From Podarcis vaucheri (lineage: Eukaryota), in assembly GCA_965113315.1 (NCBI GenBank), contig OZ220367.1: a stretch of 64,000 nucleotides of DNA; one strand, given 5' to 3'. Below the pieces are notes generated by a model, which searched no databases, was not told where the DNA came from, and saw only the letters and a program-made list of their open reading frames with translations. A program made the position numbers and the translations under genes. Below are positions 41,946 to 54,983 of the stretch, piece by piece (the stretch's first letter is position 1; every line of letters begins with the position of its first letter).

Positions 41946-43372
41946 GTGCTTCCTTGCATAGGTAGAAGTAGGGAATTAATTCGTTGGTAGTATCTCACAG
42001 CATTTTAGGGGAAAAGAAGCCTGGGATGGGGCAAATCAGTGTTCTACATCTCTGGCATTCTGTTCTATACTCCTGTCCACCAAGTGCTGCAACGGCAGAT
42101 TACAGGACATGTTTGTGCGGTCAGCTGCCCCATAGATTTTTGTTATTCTTTTTCTACAAATATAGGACTGTGCTCTGTTGGGAAGCCAGGAGTCTGTCAT
42201 ACCTTTGGTACTGTACTCAGACTGGAAATCTCAATCAGATGAGCACTAAAATTTAGAGTCTGAATTCTTAATTAAAATGTTGGGAGGATTTGGCACAGTA
42301 TCTGTTGCAGGGGGTTGCCTCCTACCTGCATATTATCTTCCAGGTTGCAGAACCATGTCCAATGGATGCCAACAGGATTTAGCAAGCAGGTGTACAGGCA
42401 CCCTTGCTGGGCTCTTTCCTGGTGTATGTTGGTTATTATTCAGAACAGACTGCCAACTTGTGTGAGTTCTCTGCTCTTTTTGGACTCAAATGAGAACCTC
42501 CCTTCCCCAGTACGTTGATGGATCTCAGCCATGCTTAGCAGTGGACTCTGAGGCCAGAATTTCAAGGAATAATTCTTTTTTCCCCCTCTAGAAGAAACAC
42601 TATGAACACCTTGCTGCTGAAATAGCACCTGTAAGATGATGTATATAGAATTGGGCAGTAAGGGGCCAGGGAGGGGTGTGGCGCCTCTGATCACTCTGTT
42701 GTGTGCAGTGTATCTTTTTGTGCTCTTTTGGGGGAGAGGTAATAAATTATTACTACTCTTAACATTTTCTTGGTGCTAATTCTGTGCTTGCCGCTGTACC
42801 AAATACACAAACGACATTGTCCTTGCTAAAGAGCACTTGCCATCTTCAGTGAAGTATTTAGGATGGGATCTGCGAGGTGGAGAGAAGTTGGGTTTGAAAA
42901 TCTGAAAATTACAAGCTTAATTCTTTGAATCCTTTTCAGTTTGTTACCTGCAAGCATTTTCTTTGTCAAACCAGTTGCAGGGGCTACCAACACAGAGCAC
43001 ATTTGACTTCTGCGGCATTCACCGGGTCCCCTCCCCAGCCGAAATTGGGTTTGAGAGATGTATTACTTTGCAGCCAATAGAAGAGGTTGTGACTGAGAGG
43101 GTGGGCCTTTTACTTCTCTCCCATGTGACCACATGGAATCTTTTCATTTGTTCACGTGCCTTCTCTTGCTTGGTAGGCAGGGTCATCCTCCTCAGAATTA
43201 ACCGGGAAGAGAAGCTCTGTGTTCCTATACTTTGGGCTGGGAGTGGGGTCTTCACAGAGGTCATCAGAGTTCTTTTCAGCAAGGTGTGTGTTTCTGAGCT
43301 TCCCCCTTTCCAATCTGCATTCTGTAGTTAGTTCTCAGTTTGTTATAGGAGTACCCTTTGTTTTAGGATGTA

Positions 43373-43736
43373 AAGGTAAAGGTAAAGGTACCCCTGCCCG
43401 AACGGGCCAGTCTTGACAGACTCTGGGGTTTGTGCGCCCATCTCACATCTATAGGCCGGGGGCCAGCGCTGTCCGGAGACACTTCCGGGTCACGTGGCCA
43501 GCGTGACAAAGCTGCATCTGGCGAGCCAGCGCAGCACACGGAACGCCGTTTACCTTCCCGCTGGTAAGCAGTACCTATTTATCTACTTGCACCCGGGGGT
43601 GCTTTCGAACTGCTAGGTTGGCAGGCGCTGGGACCGAGCAGCGGGAGCGCACCCCGCCGCGGGGATTCGAACCGCCGACCTTTCGATCGGCAAGCCCTAG
43701 GCACTGAGGCTTTTACCCACAGCGCCACCCGCTTCC
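43373..43736 (-). mobile_element. Sauria SINE, different and CpG-rich subfamily
   Basis: Same head and (ACCTTT) tail as the other copies but a divergent body; about 15-bp TSD TTGTTTTAGGATGTA. Confidence 0.92.
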
Positions 43737-46700
43737 TTGTTTTAGGATGTACTTCCTAGTTTATAGTGATTGGTATTATTATGAATTGATGCCTTTGGGT
43801 TTATCTGACTCAGTTGGAAGCATCTTGGATTGTAGTCTGTATCCAACACTGTCATTTCTCTTGCACAACAGACTTTGGCTTGCACGGTGGAACTCCCCCC
43901 TGCAGCTCCCTGAAGCAGGTATGGGGAGGGTGGGGAGAGCAGAGGCAGAAGAAGTCTCATTGTGCAAGTGGAATGTCCCTCACTCAGCTTTGGATACAAC
44001 ACAATGTCATTTTTCTACTGGAATTCTTTGATCAGTAGCGCACTTCCTGTTTGTATGCATATCCCTTGATGCTTGTGACAAAAGGTTGGCTGGGGGAAGA
44101 TGCTACCCTCACTATAAGCACATGTCAAGCAATTCAAGGTGGCTTGAGTCAAGGGTCTCTGTTATGAAGTGTGCAGTGTGCACGCAATGCAAGCTTGCAC
44201 ATGCAACCTTGGCACCTATTTTTAGGATCTTTTGTGCTTGAGCCTGAACACACTTTGGAATTTGGCACTCCATGGGTAGTCATGGACAACGAAATCTAAA
44301 GTAATTTTTTTTATTGGAAGGAATTACTGTAACATATTTGTTGAAAGCTATTAAGCAGAATCAATTGATGCCAATGTTCACAACACACTAACAACAGGCT
44401 AAGTTTAAATGAGTTTAAAGGTAATAAAAGGGTTAAAACTAATGGTGCAAGCTTTCAATTCGCAGAAATATACAGCAAAGGAAGAATGCTAACAAGAAAT
44501 TGAGGAGGGGGGGAGCTGCCCGGCCACAGCAATAAAAGGAAATCATTCTAAAGCACCAGCCTTACCACAAAAACTGCAGGAGGGGGCTTGTGCAGCACAC
44601 GTTGAAAAAAGAAGATGAACACAATTTGGCAATGTTAACAAATGAGGGAAACGTTTGGGATGACTGGCAAAGGAAAAGGATTTCAGTTCTGGAGAGCCTG
44701 AAGCAACTAACGGTATGAGCTATCTGGCTTTCTTAACAGAAAACAGGGAAGTAAGTCTTTTTTTAATAGTGGAAATGCTTGAAGTGGTTTGTGAGCATAA
44801 AGGAGAGAAACATGGTGGAGAAAATTGCTGCTGAGGATGTGCTATGCAAATCTGTTTGGAAGGAATGTGAAGGGAAAGGCAAAAAAAATGCACGAGGTGG
44901 GGAGGGATTTTTAGAGCAGTAGGACAAGCATGGAGAAGGGAAAGATCTGTTGCCAGCTTAAGAATACTGGCTCAGAGTATTTTGGTAAGGGATGCAGAGG
45001 AGAGTTTGGTAGTGTCATCCTGGAGCGATTCTGGTACAGCAAAAGGAACAAAAACAAGGAAAAATAAAATGAGGTAGTGTAACGAAGGGGCATATGGCCT
45101 GTTCTGTGAAGAAGAGGACACAGTTTCTGACACCTGCAGAGTGGGTGGGTGGATCTGAGAGTCACAGATTACAACCTTAGTGAAGATCCTGGGAGATGGC
45201 GTCCGACCCCTGAAGATAAGAAGCCCCTAACTCTGAGCAGGCTAGTAGCAGCTTTTACAACCAAATCTGAGTTTAATATTTACAATAAAAGGCTAAAAAT
45301 ATTGTCTTCGCGAAAGCATTGGGTGCTAAAAGTTTCTAAATCATGCCAGCCTGGAAGAGACTGTCCTAAATCTCTGAGAAATGCATTCTAAAGGTGTAAC
45401 TTCTTTCTGATGTCCAGGTGCAGAAGGGGAAAAAGATTAACATCACCACTATTTTCTGGTGGGAGCCTGATGCCACTGAAACTTCTTAATTAGCTATGTG
45501 GGGAAAACAAAAGAGTGACATTTTAGGCGTCTTGGCTTAACACTTCCAGAAAGAGTCTTATGCTCTTGTGTTTTACTTTTAAATTTACAAGTGATAAGGA
45601 AGGATGTCAAGAAGACAGCTGCCAATGTATTTAGCAGGACACATTTCAGGTGGTTCATTCCTTGTCGTCCAGATCATAACAGAGCTTCCATTCTCAGGTG
45701 CAGGCTACAATACTTAGAGCAAAATCTGAATTTAGGGGTACTTGGTATCATTCCCTGTTGCTACTGTACTGCACACTGGGTTTTTTTCCAGCAGAACTCA
45801 TGTCTTCACACAGTATAGTATTAGAGGCATTGCATTAGGCCCAAGGCAAAACCTGGGTTTGATTATTTTGTTGACTGGTCTTCCTTTTATCCTGTCTGGA
45901 ACCACAGCTGCCTCCCAGGCAGTGGTTTGTCCCTTGAGAGATATGGAAATTATGTCACTGCTTGCAGAGGCCATAGAAAGAGAAAGAACTCAGAGCTGTG
46001 AATTAGTGATTCTAGATTAGTTAGCAGAAATCTATCTCCAGTGGGGTCTCCCTTATTCTGAGCCATGACCCCTATCTGAGACATCTGTAGCTTTTCATCT
46101 CTGCTAATTCTGCTTGGATTTTCCTCCATTCCTTCCACCTGATGCTGGCTCAGACTCTTTAGAGACAGGATATGTTTAGCGCTAATGAGGGAGACTAAGA
46201 TGGGGCTTGTGGTGGAGAATTTCGACAGATCTATATGGAGCACTTGAATAAATTTTATAATGGTTAATTTATAGCTACCTTTGCCATCAATTTAGCTGCC
46301 TCTGAGACTCTGGAGTTGCCAGGTCTTAAGTGGAGTGGCAGAAGCCAGAAGACAAATATTTTAACTGCATATAATGACCTAATCTTAGGAGGGAGGGGGT
46401 ATGTACCACAAAACATGAAAGTGGATGTGCCTATTTTTTAACTTATATGTGATCTAAGCAGTACTATTTTTCGGGGGGGGGTGCCAGAACTCAACACAAA
46501 TGTCTCCCTTGTTCTTCTATAACGGCAATGGTGCCCACCTGAGAGGTGCTAGAACTGAGTTCAGGTGAGTTCTGGCACCTCTTTTCTCCTAGGATGCTTG
46601 CATACAGAGTAGCCTCCTTGCACCCATATTTAGGGGGGCCAAGATTCAGATGAGGGCAGGGCACCTAGACCTATATAAATAGTTGTGTGGAGGAGAGAAT

Positions 46701-49700
46701 AACATGCAAACTGTACCTGCTGAAATTCTGTGCTCTGCATAACCATTAAAGGTGCAGGAACCGTGCCCTCATTTGCATCTTGGCCACCCTGCCCACCTTT
46801 GGTCTTGGTCTTTCAGTGCCCAGTTCTCCTCATCTGTAGGCGCCAATACTGAAGCCAGAGCCAGCAATATGTCAGACTTTAATAAAAATGGATGCTTTTA
46901 AATTCTAAACATTTAATTTTGGCAGCCAACCTCTTGCAAAGCTTTCAGAGCAATCTTGTTAATGTTTTAACCAAAGCAAAAACAAGCATATCTCAGCACT
47001 TCTGTCTGGCTCTCAGGATCCCCCCCCCTCCTACCTCCCGGCTTCTGCTCCTGGAGCATGCTCAATTCTGCTGCTGCAGCGTGCTTTGCCTGGAAAGTCT
47101 TAATTTGCCAAATGGACATTTGCTCACAGCTTGCCCTTAGTTAAAGGGTGGATTGAAGTGGGGCGATTGAAATCTCATAGCCATTAACAATGTCTGTGAA
47201 GTGAATGTTCATAAAGCAGTGAGGGGGAGACCCCTGCAACATCCTTCCATTCTGAGCAGAATCTAAACTAAGAAAAGGATAAATTAGAGGTGTTTTCAGT
47301 GGGCATATATAAATAGTTGCAAGCCAAGGAACTCTTGCTCTCAATTTTTAAAAAACTGCAATACACAAAGAAACACTGTCCATGCTCGTTAGGGATTGTG
47401 CTGGTGATTTCACCCTCATATTACCTATATATTGGGCAGCCAATGAGATAATGATGTTCTACCACATGCCTCATCTCTCTCACACGCACACTGACCACTC
47501 AAGTGCTCCCATTCCATCAGCTCCAGTGGCTCAGGCAGTAATGACTCTGCTACTTCCAGTCCCCAGGTATCTCCACAGGCAGTTCTAATCTTGTACTCCT
47601 CACAAGAACTATTTCTGAGCACAGTACAAAAAGGAATGTCTATGCAAAATAAGACATTTCAGCACTTTTCATAGAACCTCAGACCATGTCTGGCCAACCG
47701 GTACAGAAAACTACCTCCAAGCAGCCTTGCAGCTGCTGAATGACCAGAAGGCAGATTTTGCTGCACATCCCTGAAATAAATTTCTGTCCCTAGCACCAGC
47801 AATCGTTTTAGTGTTCTGACAGCCCCTGGACTGCAAGGCGAAGTGGCCCAGAGGCACTATATGGTCCATTAATAGAACACCTAACAATGGCAACTTTCAC
47901 CCATTTAAATCTGAAACGGCTCAATCACTGCATGAGAACTTAATATTTGCCAATTTTTCATCCTGGCAGGAATTGAATCTCTGTGGGCATCTGTTGATCA
48001 TTCAGAAGCAGACTCTATAAATGTTTCCAATACAGAAGGCTTCCAGTTCTCTCTTTGCAGCCCTGAGGGAGTTTGTGAATGTTTTTATAAAGGTTATGGC
48101 ACACTTTGTCTAGCAAGAATTGAGTCTTTCCCAACCCAGATTATATTATTCTGCTCTTGTCCATGGGGCGGACAAAGAATAAAGGGATGCTCAAGCCTGT
48201 CTTAACCTGCCTCATGGACTAACTGCATCTAGAGAGCTCTCTTCCTCTGTTGCAGTGATGAGAAATGCTGAATTCATGATGAAATTGGGTTATTGATGTT
48301 AACATCCTGATTTAGGTCACTGAAGAGGACTTTAGGCAAATGTGGATCTTATAGTCTGTCAACCAGTAGGGGATGATTGTCTCACAAGAGTAATTGGTCC
48401 AGATTCCACACAGTTTTTTTCAGGGCTCCTCTTGCCTTCTGGCTTGAGACTGCAGTGCAAACATACCTACAGAGTTAGTTAATGAGGGATATTTGTGTAT
48501 CGCCATTTTGGTGTCTGTTCCCAGTCAGATGCAGACAACCACAGACTTTCTTCCTTAGTCTGAGTATTTTTGTGTGTGATGAAGCATCCTGGATTTAGGA
48601 GCCAGGAAAGAATTCCCACTCAAGTTCCTCAAAGCAGAGATAGGGATGATGGGTGAAGTGTGAATCCGAGAACTAAACTGGTGCAGACAGTACTTGGTTT
48701 AAAAATAAGTAAAGGCGCAGCACAAATAGCTAGAAAAAGAAAAAGTCCTCAACCTTAGCTGCTGTTCCTGGATGCAACAGGAGGAAGGTTATTCCCAGGG
48801 GTTGTGGGGTGGGTCATTTCTCCCATCCATGTTAAAAAGAAGCAAGAGAAAGAGAACCTGCTGGTCACAGGCCAAAGTATGAACCAGTGATACCTGGCTT
48901 GTTCTTTTTGGATGTCTGAATTTACGAGCTTCCAGCTTAGATATTCTGAGTCCAGCAGAATCTCATAATGTTTGTTTTACATTCGTGTGCATCTTAGTGC
49001 ACTCGGGTATAATAGTCTTCTGTTTTTTATATATATAGTTTTAACTTGTTAGGACTAAAGAGCTTTCTTCCAGGCTATATGGGCTTAGTATAGGAGCTAG
49101 AGGGAAGCTCCTTCTCCCCCTGGATAAGCCCAACAATAAACACTGCCTGACCCCAGAATCCCTGAGAATTAAAGTCAGTGGGGAATACTTCAAGTTTAGT
49201 GGAAGAAGGGGTATATGATCCTTGTGCCAAAAATCAGCTATTTGATTATTTTCGCAAGGAATTCCCAACATTATCCTGCCTTCAGCTGCATGGTTTCTGC
49301 CAAGCAATGGATCTGCAACTCAAATCCTGCAAAGTACTTGGGAAAGAAGCATTCTCTCCCAACCCTAAGAGAGCAGGTCCCTTTCCCATTTATTGCAGCC
49401 AGCTGCTATCAACTCCAATCTGCCTTCTCCCTAGCTGCCTTTTATCACCTCAATTAACATTTCCTTTATGGCAGCTTGTGAGTGTGGGTAACTGTTCAAT
49501 AGCCTTCTCCCAAGGCACACTATCCAGACTTCATATGCTCTGACGGAAGCTTACCTGGCATTCTGTCCTCATTACAGCCATTTCACACCCCATAAGTCAC
49601 CACAGGGCACTAATGTGGCACATTCACACTGGAAAGGGCTCTCCTACAGTAGCATGTCTTGCTGTAAAATGTGTGTGTGCATGCACTGTGCTACAGCACA

Positions 49701-50298
49701 ATAGCAGTTCCAAGCGTTCTGGCTCTGGTTGGGCAGTTTATAAGCTATCCCAAATGGTTGCTTACTATCTTGTGAGAAGCTTATTACCACTCCACGGCTA
49801 TACGGGAAAGCCTGCTGGTCCATATCAAATGCATTCCACAAATGAGTACCTTAGGAAAACCATCACCAATCTTGCCTAGTTGTCAGGGTCTTCTGCCCAG
49901 ATGGCTTTGAGTTCAGTATTAGAAGGATATAATCCCTGGTGACAGCCATTACCTTGTTTCTCTGCCAGTGGAGCTGGTTCTCCCCAGTGCTCCTGTCCCA
50001 AGTCCTCATACACAAATGTTGAGGTGGCATGTCTGTGATTGGAGCAAGGCTGCACCACTTCAGATTGTACCACTCCATGACTGATGGGTGGGCAAGGAGA
50101 GGGATTGGCTACTGCTGGCAGCAAGGAATAAGAGCAATTGCCACGATTCATCTGGCTTGGGTAGTTCTAGTGATCAGTGGGCCCTGGCAGCTGACCTGGG
50201 TTACATATTTAATATGCATTGTGTACTTGTTCAGGGAAATGAGAATAGATAGGGTAGAGGTCACCAGCAATGCTCATGTTCAATGGCTAATCCTCAAT

Positions 50299-50434
50299 AT
50301 AGGATAGGGAACCTGTGGCCCTCCAGATATTGTTGGATTACAACCTGACATCCTTGAGCACTGGTCATGCTGGCTGGTGATGATGGGAGTTGGAGTCCAA
50401 CAACGCCTGGAAGACCACAGGTTTTCCATCCTTG
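50299..50434. mobile_element. Small palindromic hAT-like MITE (decayed relatives near 28516-28632, 28902-28980 and 34755-34845)
   Basis: GGATAGGGAACCTGTGGCCCTCCAGA ... CTGGAAGACCACAGGTTTTCCATCC inverted arms. Confidence 0.7.
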
Positions 50435-53234
50435 CCTTACAAGTTCCTTCTCAAGTAGATGCTTTTTAGGGTGAATTTTGCATCAAGGCCAGAGCCAGAC
50501 TTCCTTCTTTAGGGACGAGGAGGCTGTGGGAAGTTTATACCTGTGCATGGGGGAGAGAACATGATCGATACTGAGGACTATTTTGTTGAGTCCAATGGCT
50601 TTTGAATTCAACAGCCAAAGCAATTCTATGCGAAAGAGTCAATTGCTGGCTCTTGAATCCTATATCTAGAATGGAGTGTAGATGCCTAGCAAATATTTAG
50701 ACTGGCAGCAGGGCAAGATCTTAAACCTGCCGTGATCAAGCAAGTCATGTGACATGAAAGGAAGGAATGTCCTATGTAAACTATTGAAGGCCCATCTGAT
50801 TCCAGTTGTACAGCATGACAAATAATTATATATGAAATTTCTATGCCCTGCAGAAAAATGTTAGCCCTTTGATCTAAGCAGAGCGTCTCGCCTGCATCAA
50901 AGGAACAAGGCACTTTGTCCTAGGGTACTGTGAGCCAACTCGGTTTCAACAGTGTTTGCGTCTAAGGATTTGCTTTTGTGTTGTTGAGGTGTGCCAAAAG
51001 CACATGGGACCTGTTCCGTTTTTCAAAGTGGATGGGGAGTCTGAGCATTGTCTTCTGGTGGAGGTCTCTCATCATCATCATCACCACCATCTGGCTGGGT
51101 TTCACCAGCCACTCTTAGACCTTATCTGTTTTTGTTTCTGGCGTGCTTGCTTTGCCTCTGTCATATTTGCTGGTTTTGGAGCCAGCTGTAGCACTTGAGG
51201 TCGGCCAAGTGGTACAGCTGAACCATATGGCGTGAAAGCATGGATAACATGATACCCTTCAAGACAGTGACTTGCTGCCCTACCTTGTCTGCAGGAAAAC
51301 ACACCCACACATAAAGCAGCACTTGGTGCATAAGGATCATGATGGATGATGGGCCTCTAGCATGGGAATCCATCTGGGGTCAGCCTGGCACTTTTGCAGT
51401 TTTGTATTCACATTTCCTGCCTTAAAGCACCCTGTTGTCTAGCTGCAAGCTGCCATGTGGCACAACACATTTCACCGTGTTGGCATAAAATAAGGCTGCC
51501 AGCCTTAGCTCAGAACTCTCTGTGTCCCTGATTCACAGGTGGCCAGTTCCTCAAAGGGGGTGTGCAAGATTGCACTTCACAACATGGAAACAATGTAAAG
51601 CCATGTTCCCTCTCCCTGCAGCCCCAGCCTTTGGCTCTTGTTGAACTATTAGCTTCCAGCAAAGCATTTTTCACACTTCTGGTTAGCAAGCTGCATTGAT
51701 ACACCTTTTGTGGGGTTGGGAAGCGGCACAGCATTTTGGGGGGAGGGGCTCATTTGACTTGTCTCCATACAGAAGATGATTCCTGTTGCTTCTGTTGATA
51801 TGCATTCCACATCTATGCATATTTACACACGTTGGCCCCGCTCAGTTCAGTGGGACTTACTGCCTAGTAAATGTACACAGTGGTGTTGTGGGGATTCTTT
51901 TGCACACATACCCCTTTTTGCAGAGCATGCATATGCAACGTTGGGGAAATCATTGCTTTAGACTAGAGAATGAATTCAGGCGCTCCGTTTTGTTGATAAA
52001 AATGTGCCCTGTCTCAAATGGTTTACACTGGCCTCTCAGTCTTAGAGAATAATTCAGGCCCAGGCCATTCCAGAGACAAAGATAAATGCATTTCCCACCC
52101 TACCTTGCTAATCATTCTGGGCAGAGTTGTGCCACCTCAGGCCTTTGATTCATTTCCCTTAAACGCTTCCCTTCCTTTCTGATCTACCTAGTTGCTGATG
52201 AAGTGCAGCCTGGTTCAGGCTCCTTCTCCTTTGCCCCTCTCGGACTAATTGAATTAAGCGGATGGGAAGTGAATCCAATTGACTAGATTAAATGAGCTGG
52301 GCACAGATCTGGGAAGAAATCAGGGCCTTGGAAGCTGAGCAAAGGAGCGCTTCCTCTGGCCACAGCTCTTCCGCTGCCCCATGAACTGCACCCCCCTAGG
52401 TGCCGTCACTTCACCACCCTTTGCCTTTTGCTTAACCTCTCATCCCTGGTCTTCCAGCAGCCCCTGCTGGGAAAGTGCAATGGCTCCCGTCTCCTCAGAC
52501 ATTTCCCCCCTCACTCTCTTCTGTTGCGCAGAGCCTCCTTACTCTCCTAGGTAATTAGTGGTTAATTAGCCAAGCTGTCTGACTTCGGCATGGCCCCCTC
52601 CACTCACGCTTCCCTCACGCTGGGCCTCAGGGCTGTGAGTGTGTAATGAACTGCAGGCTGGGGAAGGCCCCAGCCACATTTGCTCATTTAATTTCTGCTG
52701 CATCAGCTTACAAGCACATTGGATTTGAGGCTCTTGCTGTGCTGGAAGGGGCTTGGGACCTCCAAGCTGTTAGGTTTAAGCTGCGCTCCGGGGAGCAAAC
52801 GCTCTGGTGACAAGCACCAGCTGGGGCTGGAGGCTGGTGAGCACTGTCCTCTTCAATGCCAGCATTCCCAGACTGGCTTTCTCTCCCCGCCCCGCCCCCC
52901 ACTCCCGCCTCCAAGAAGAACTGTCCCTAGATACTTCCATACATCTGCTGCTAGTGGAGGGAAGAGCATGTTTGTGAGGATGAAACACACAGTCTCCATT
53001 TCCCTCTTTCCCTTTCGAAAGTGAGTGGAGACGCGGTGCAAACGCCTCTAGAAATAATGATAATCTGAAATGGAAGGTTTTGCCTTTTACACTTGACATT
53101 CCTATCTGGTCCATGTTTAGGATCTCCCAAGGTCTGGGTAACATTTTCATAGGTGCCGACTCCATGGGGCTTGAGGGGGCCCGAGCCCCCTCAAAAATTC
53201 GTTTGGGGGGGCTCTGCCCCCCCAATAATCTCGG

Positions 53235-53500
53235 GCGCCCCTCCAGCAGAGCGCCGCCGCCGCGCTGGCTCTGCCTGTCGACGCTTGGCGCGTCCGCGGC
53301 TTTTATAGGGCGCCCAGCGCGCACCAGCTCGATAACGGGCACCGGCGCAGCGGGGGGCGCCGGGCCGGGGGCGAGGGGCGGCCGGCCTGTCTCCTTGGCA
53401 ACCCCATTGAGCAGCGCCGGCTCCCCCGGGAGGGCCATCCCCCCGCGCCGCCGATCGCCAACACCGCCGGCGCTGTGGCTGCCGGAGCCCGAGCCCGAGC
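53235..53500 (-). pseudogene. TAL1: Captured fragment of a TAL1/SCL N-terminal coding exon (no bHLH domain)
   Basis: RRGGMALPGEPALLNGVAKETGRPPLAPGPAPPAAPVPVIELVRAGRPIK matches the TAL1 N-terminal motifs LLNG(V/A)AKE and P(P/V)VIEL as recalled from human and chicken. Preceded by a (TTCC)n tract + CTGACAG acceptor; truncated at the transposon arm. Confidence 0.8.
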
Positions 53501-53513
53501 CTGTCAGTCAGCC

Positions 53514-53540
53514 AGGAAGGAAGGAAGGAAGGAAGGAAGG
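53514..53540. repeat. (GGAA)n microsatellite; polypyrimidine tract of the captured acceptor on the minus strand
   Basis: Read directly. Confidence 0.9.
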
Positions 53541-53965
53541 AGAGAGAAATGGGGAGGGAGACGAGGGAGGAAAATTGCGCGCAGGGTGAAGAAAGGAGAA
53601 GGGCGAACGAGACGAGCTTCCAACCCAAAAAAGGGCTGGAAGACTTGGAGGATGAAGGATCGGGAAAGAAAGCGACGCCTTCCCCGCCCACGACGTCGCC
53701 CACTTGTCATTGGCAGCGCAGCGGGTGCCCAGAGAGGCTGGGCACCGGCGCAGGGCCGCTCCGCAGCCGCGGAGGACAGCTGCACGGCTAGCAAGGTGCG
53801 CCGCGTAGAGCGCGGCCCTTGTGTGGCCCGGTGGCCACGCAAGCTCGGGTGGGGACCCCCATGCGAATCTAAGACGGGAGAAGAGGGCAGAGCAAAGGGG
53901 GTCCCTTCCCCAACCTCCAGCTCTGAGACTTCCCTGCGCCCCAGAAAAGCGAAAGGATTTTCTCT

Positions 53966-54983
53966 CTCTCTTTTTTTTATAAATATTTTATTAAGTTTTC
54001 AAATACAAAGTTAGAAACATACACTGAAGAATAAAGTAAAAGAACAAGAAAAAGAAAAAAAGAAAAAGAAGAAAAGAAAACCAACCATTCAACACATTTT
54101 TTATATAACTAACTGGACTTCCTCGCATCTCCCTTACCCTGCATTCTTTATAATAAAGATATCAGCAAATTATTACCTTGTTTCGTACCTTATTTTGTAC
54201 TTTTCAAATACTATACCTCTAAATTTAACATACTTTTCATCAGTTACTTATATCTTAAATTAAACATAGTATTACCTTAGATTTTGACCTTTTCTTACTT
54301 AAAATATAATTTCCTGTTTCCCAAATCTAATTGCTGAAGCTATAGTTTCCGAATCGTGTAAATTTTTAACATTCATACAACTTATATTGTTTTTGTAAAT
54401 AGTCCTTAATTTTTTTCCAGTCCTCTTCCGTTGTTTCTTCTCCCAAATCTCGGATTCTGCCAGTAATTTCAGCCAGTTCCATGTAGTCCATCAATTGCGT
54501 CTGCCACTCTTCCAGTGTGGGCAAATCTTGTGTCTTTCAATATTTTGCGATAAGTATTCTTGCTGCTGTAGTTGCATACATAAAGAAAGTTCTATCCTTC
54601 TTTAACCCTTTCTGGCCAACAATGCCCAAGAGGAAGGCCTCTGGTTTCTTGGGAAAGGTATACTTAAATACATTTTTTAACTCATTATAGATCATTTCCC
54701 AGAAGGCCTTCACTTTTGGACAAGTCCACCGGAGGTGAAAGAATGTCCCTTCAGCCTCCTTACATTTCCAACATTTATTATCAGACAGGTGATATATTTT
54801 TGCAAGTTTGACTGGGGTCATGTACCACCTATAAATCATTTTCATAATATTTTCCTTCAAGGCATTACATGCCGTGAATTTCATTCCGGTGGTCCATAAC
54901 CTTTCCCAGTCCTCAAACATGATGTTATACCCAATATCCTGAGCCCATTTTATCATGGCTGATTTGACTGTCTCATCCTGAGT
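53966..54983 (-). mobile_element. 5'-truncated L1, same family as 1-4418, nested inside the hAT element
   Basis: ORF2 C-terminus nearly identical in protein to copy 1 (TQDETVKSAMIKWAQDIGYNIM...), premature TGA at 54537-54539, AATAAA (minus strand) at 53987-53992, A-tail, 10-bp TSD GATTTTCTCT (53956-53965 / 54984-54993). Confidence 0.95.

Noticed and set aside
4419-52700. Numerous 60-150-aa ORFs in the ORF track
   Set aside because: Random ORFs in intronic or intergenic DNA; the real ARMH3 exons are short and are not represented by them.
52776-53500. A bona fide TAL1 gene at this locus
   Set aside because: Similarity stops at the transposon arm, no bHLH exon was found, the fragment lies between TIRs and a TSD, and the synteny (ARMH3) does not fit.
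53080-54014. Overlapping long ORFs on both strands other than the TAL1-like frame
   Set aside because: Expected from stop-codon scarcity in very GC-rich DNA; no recognisable motifs.
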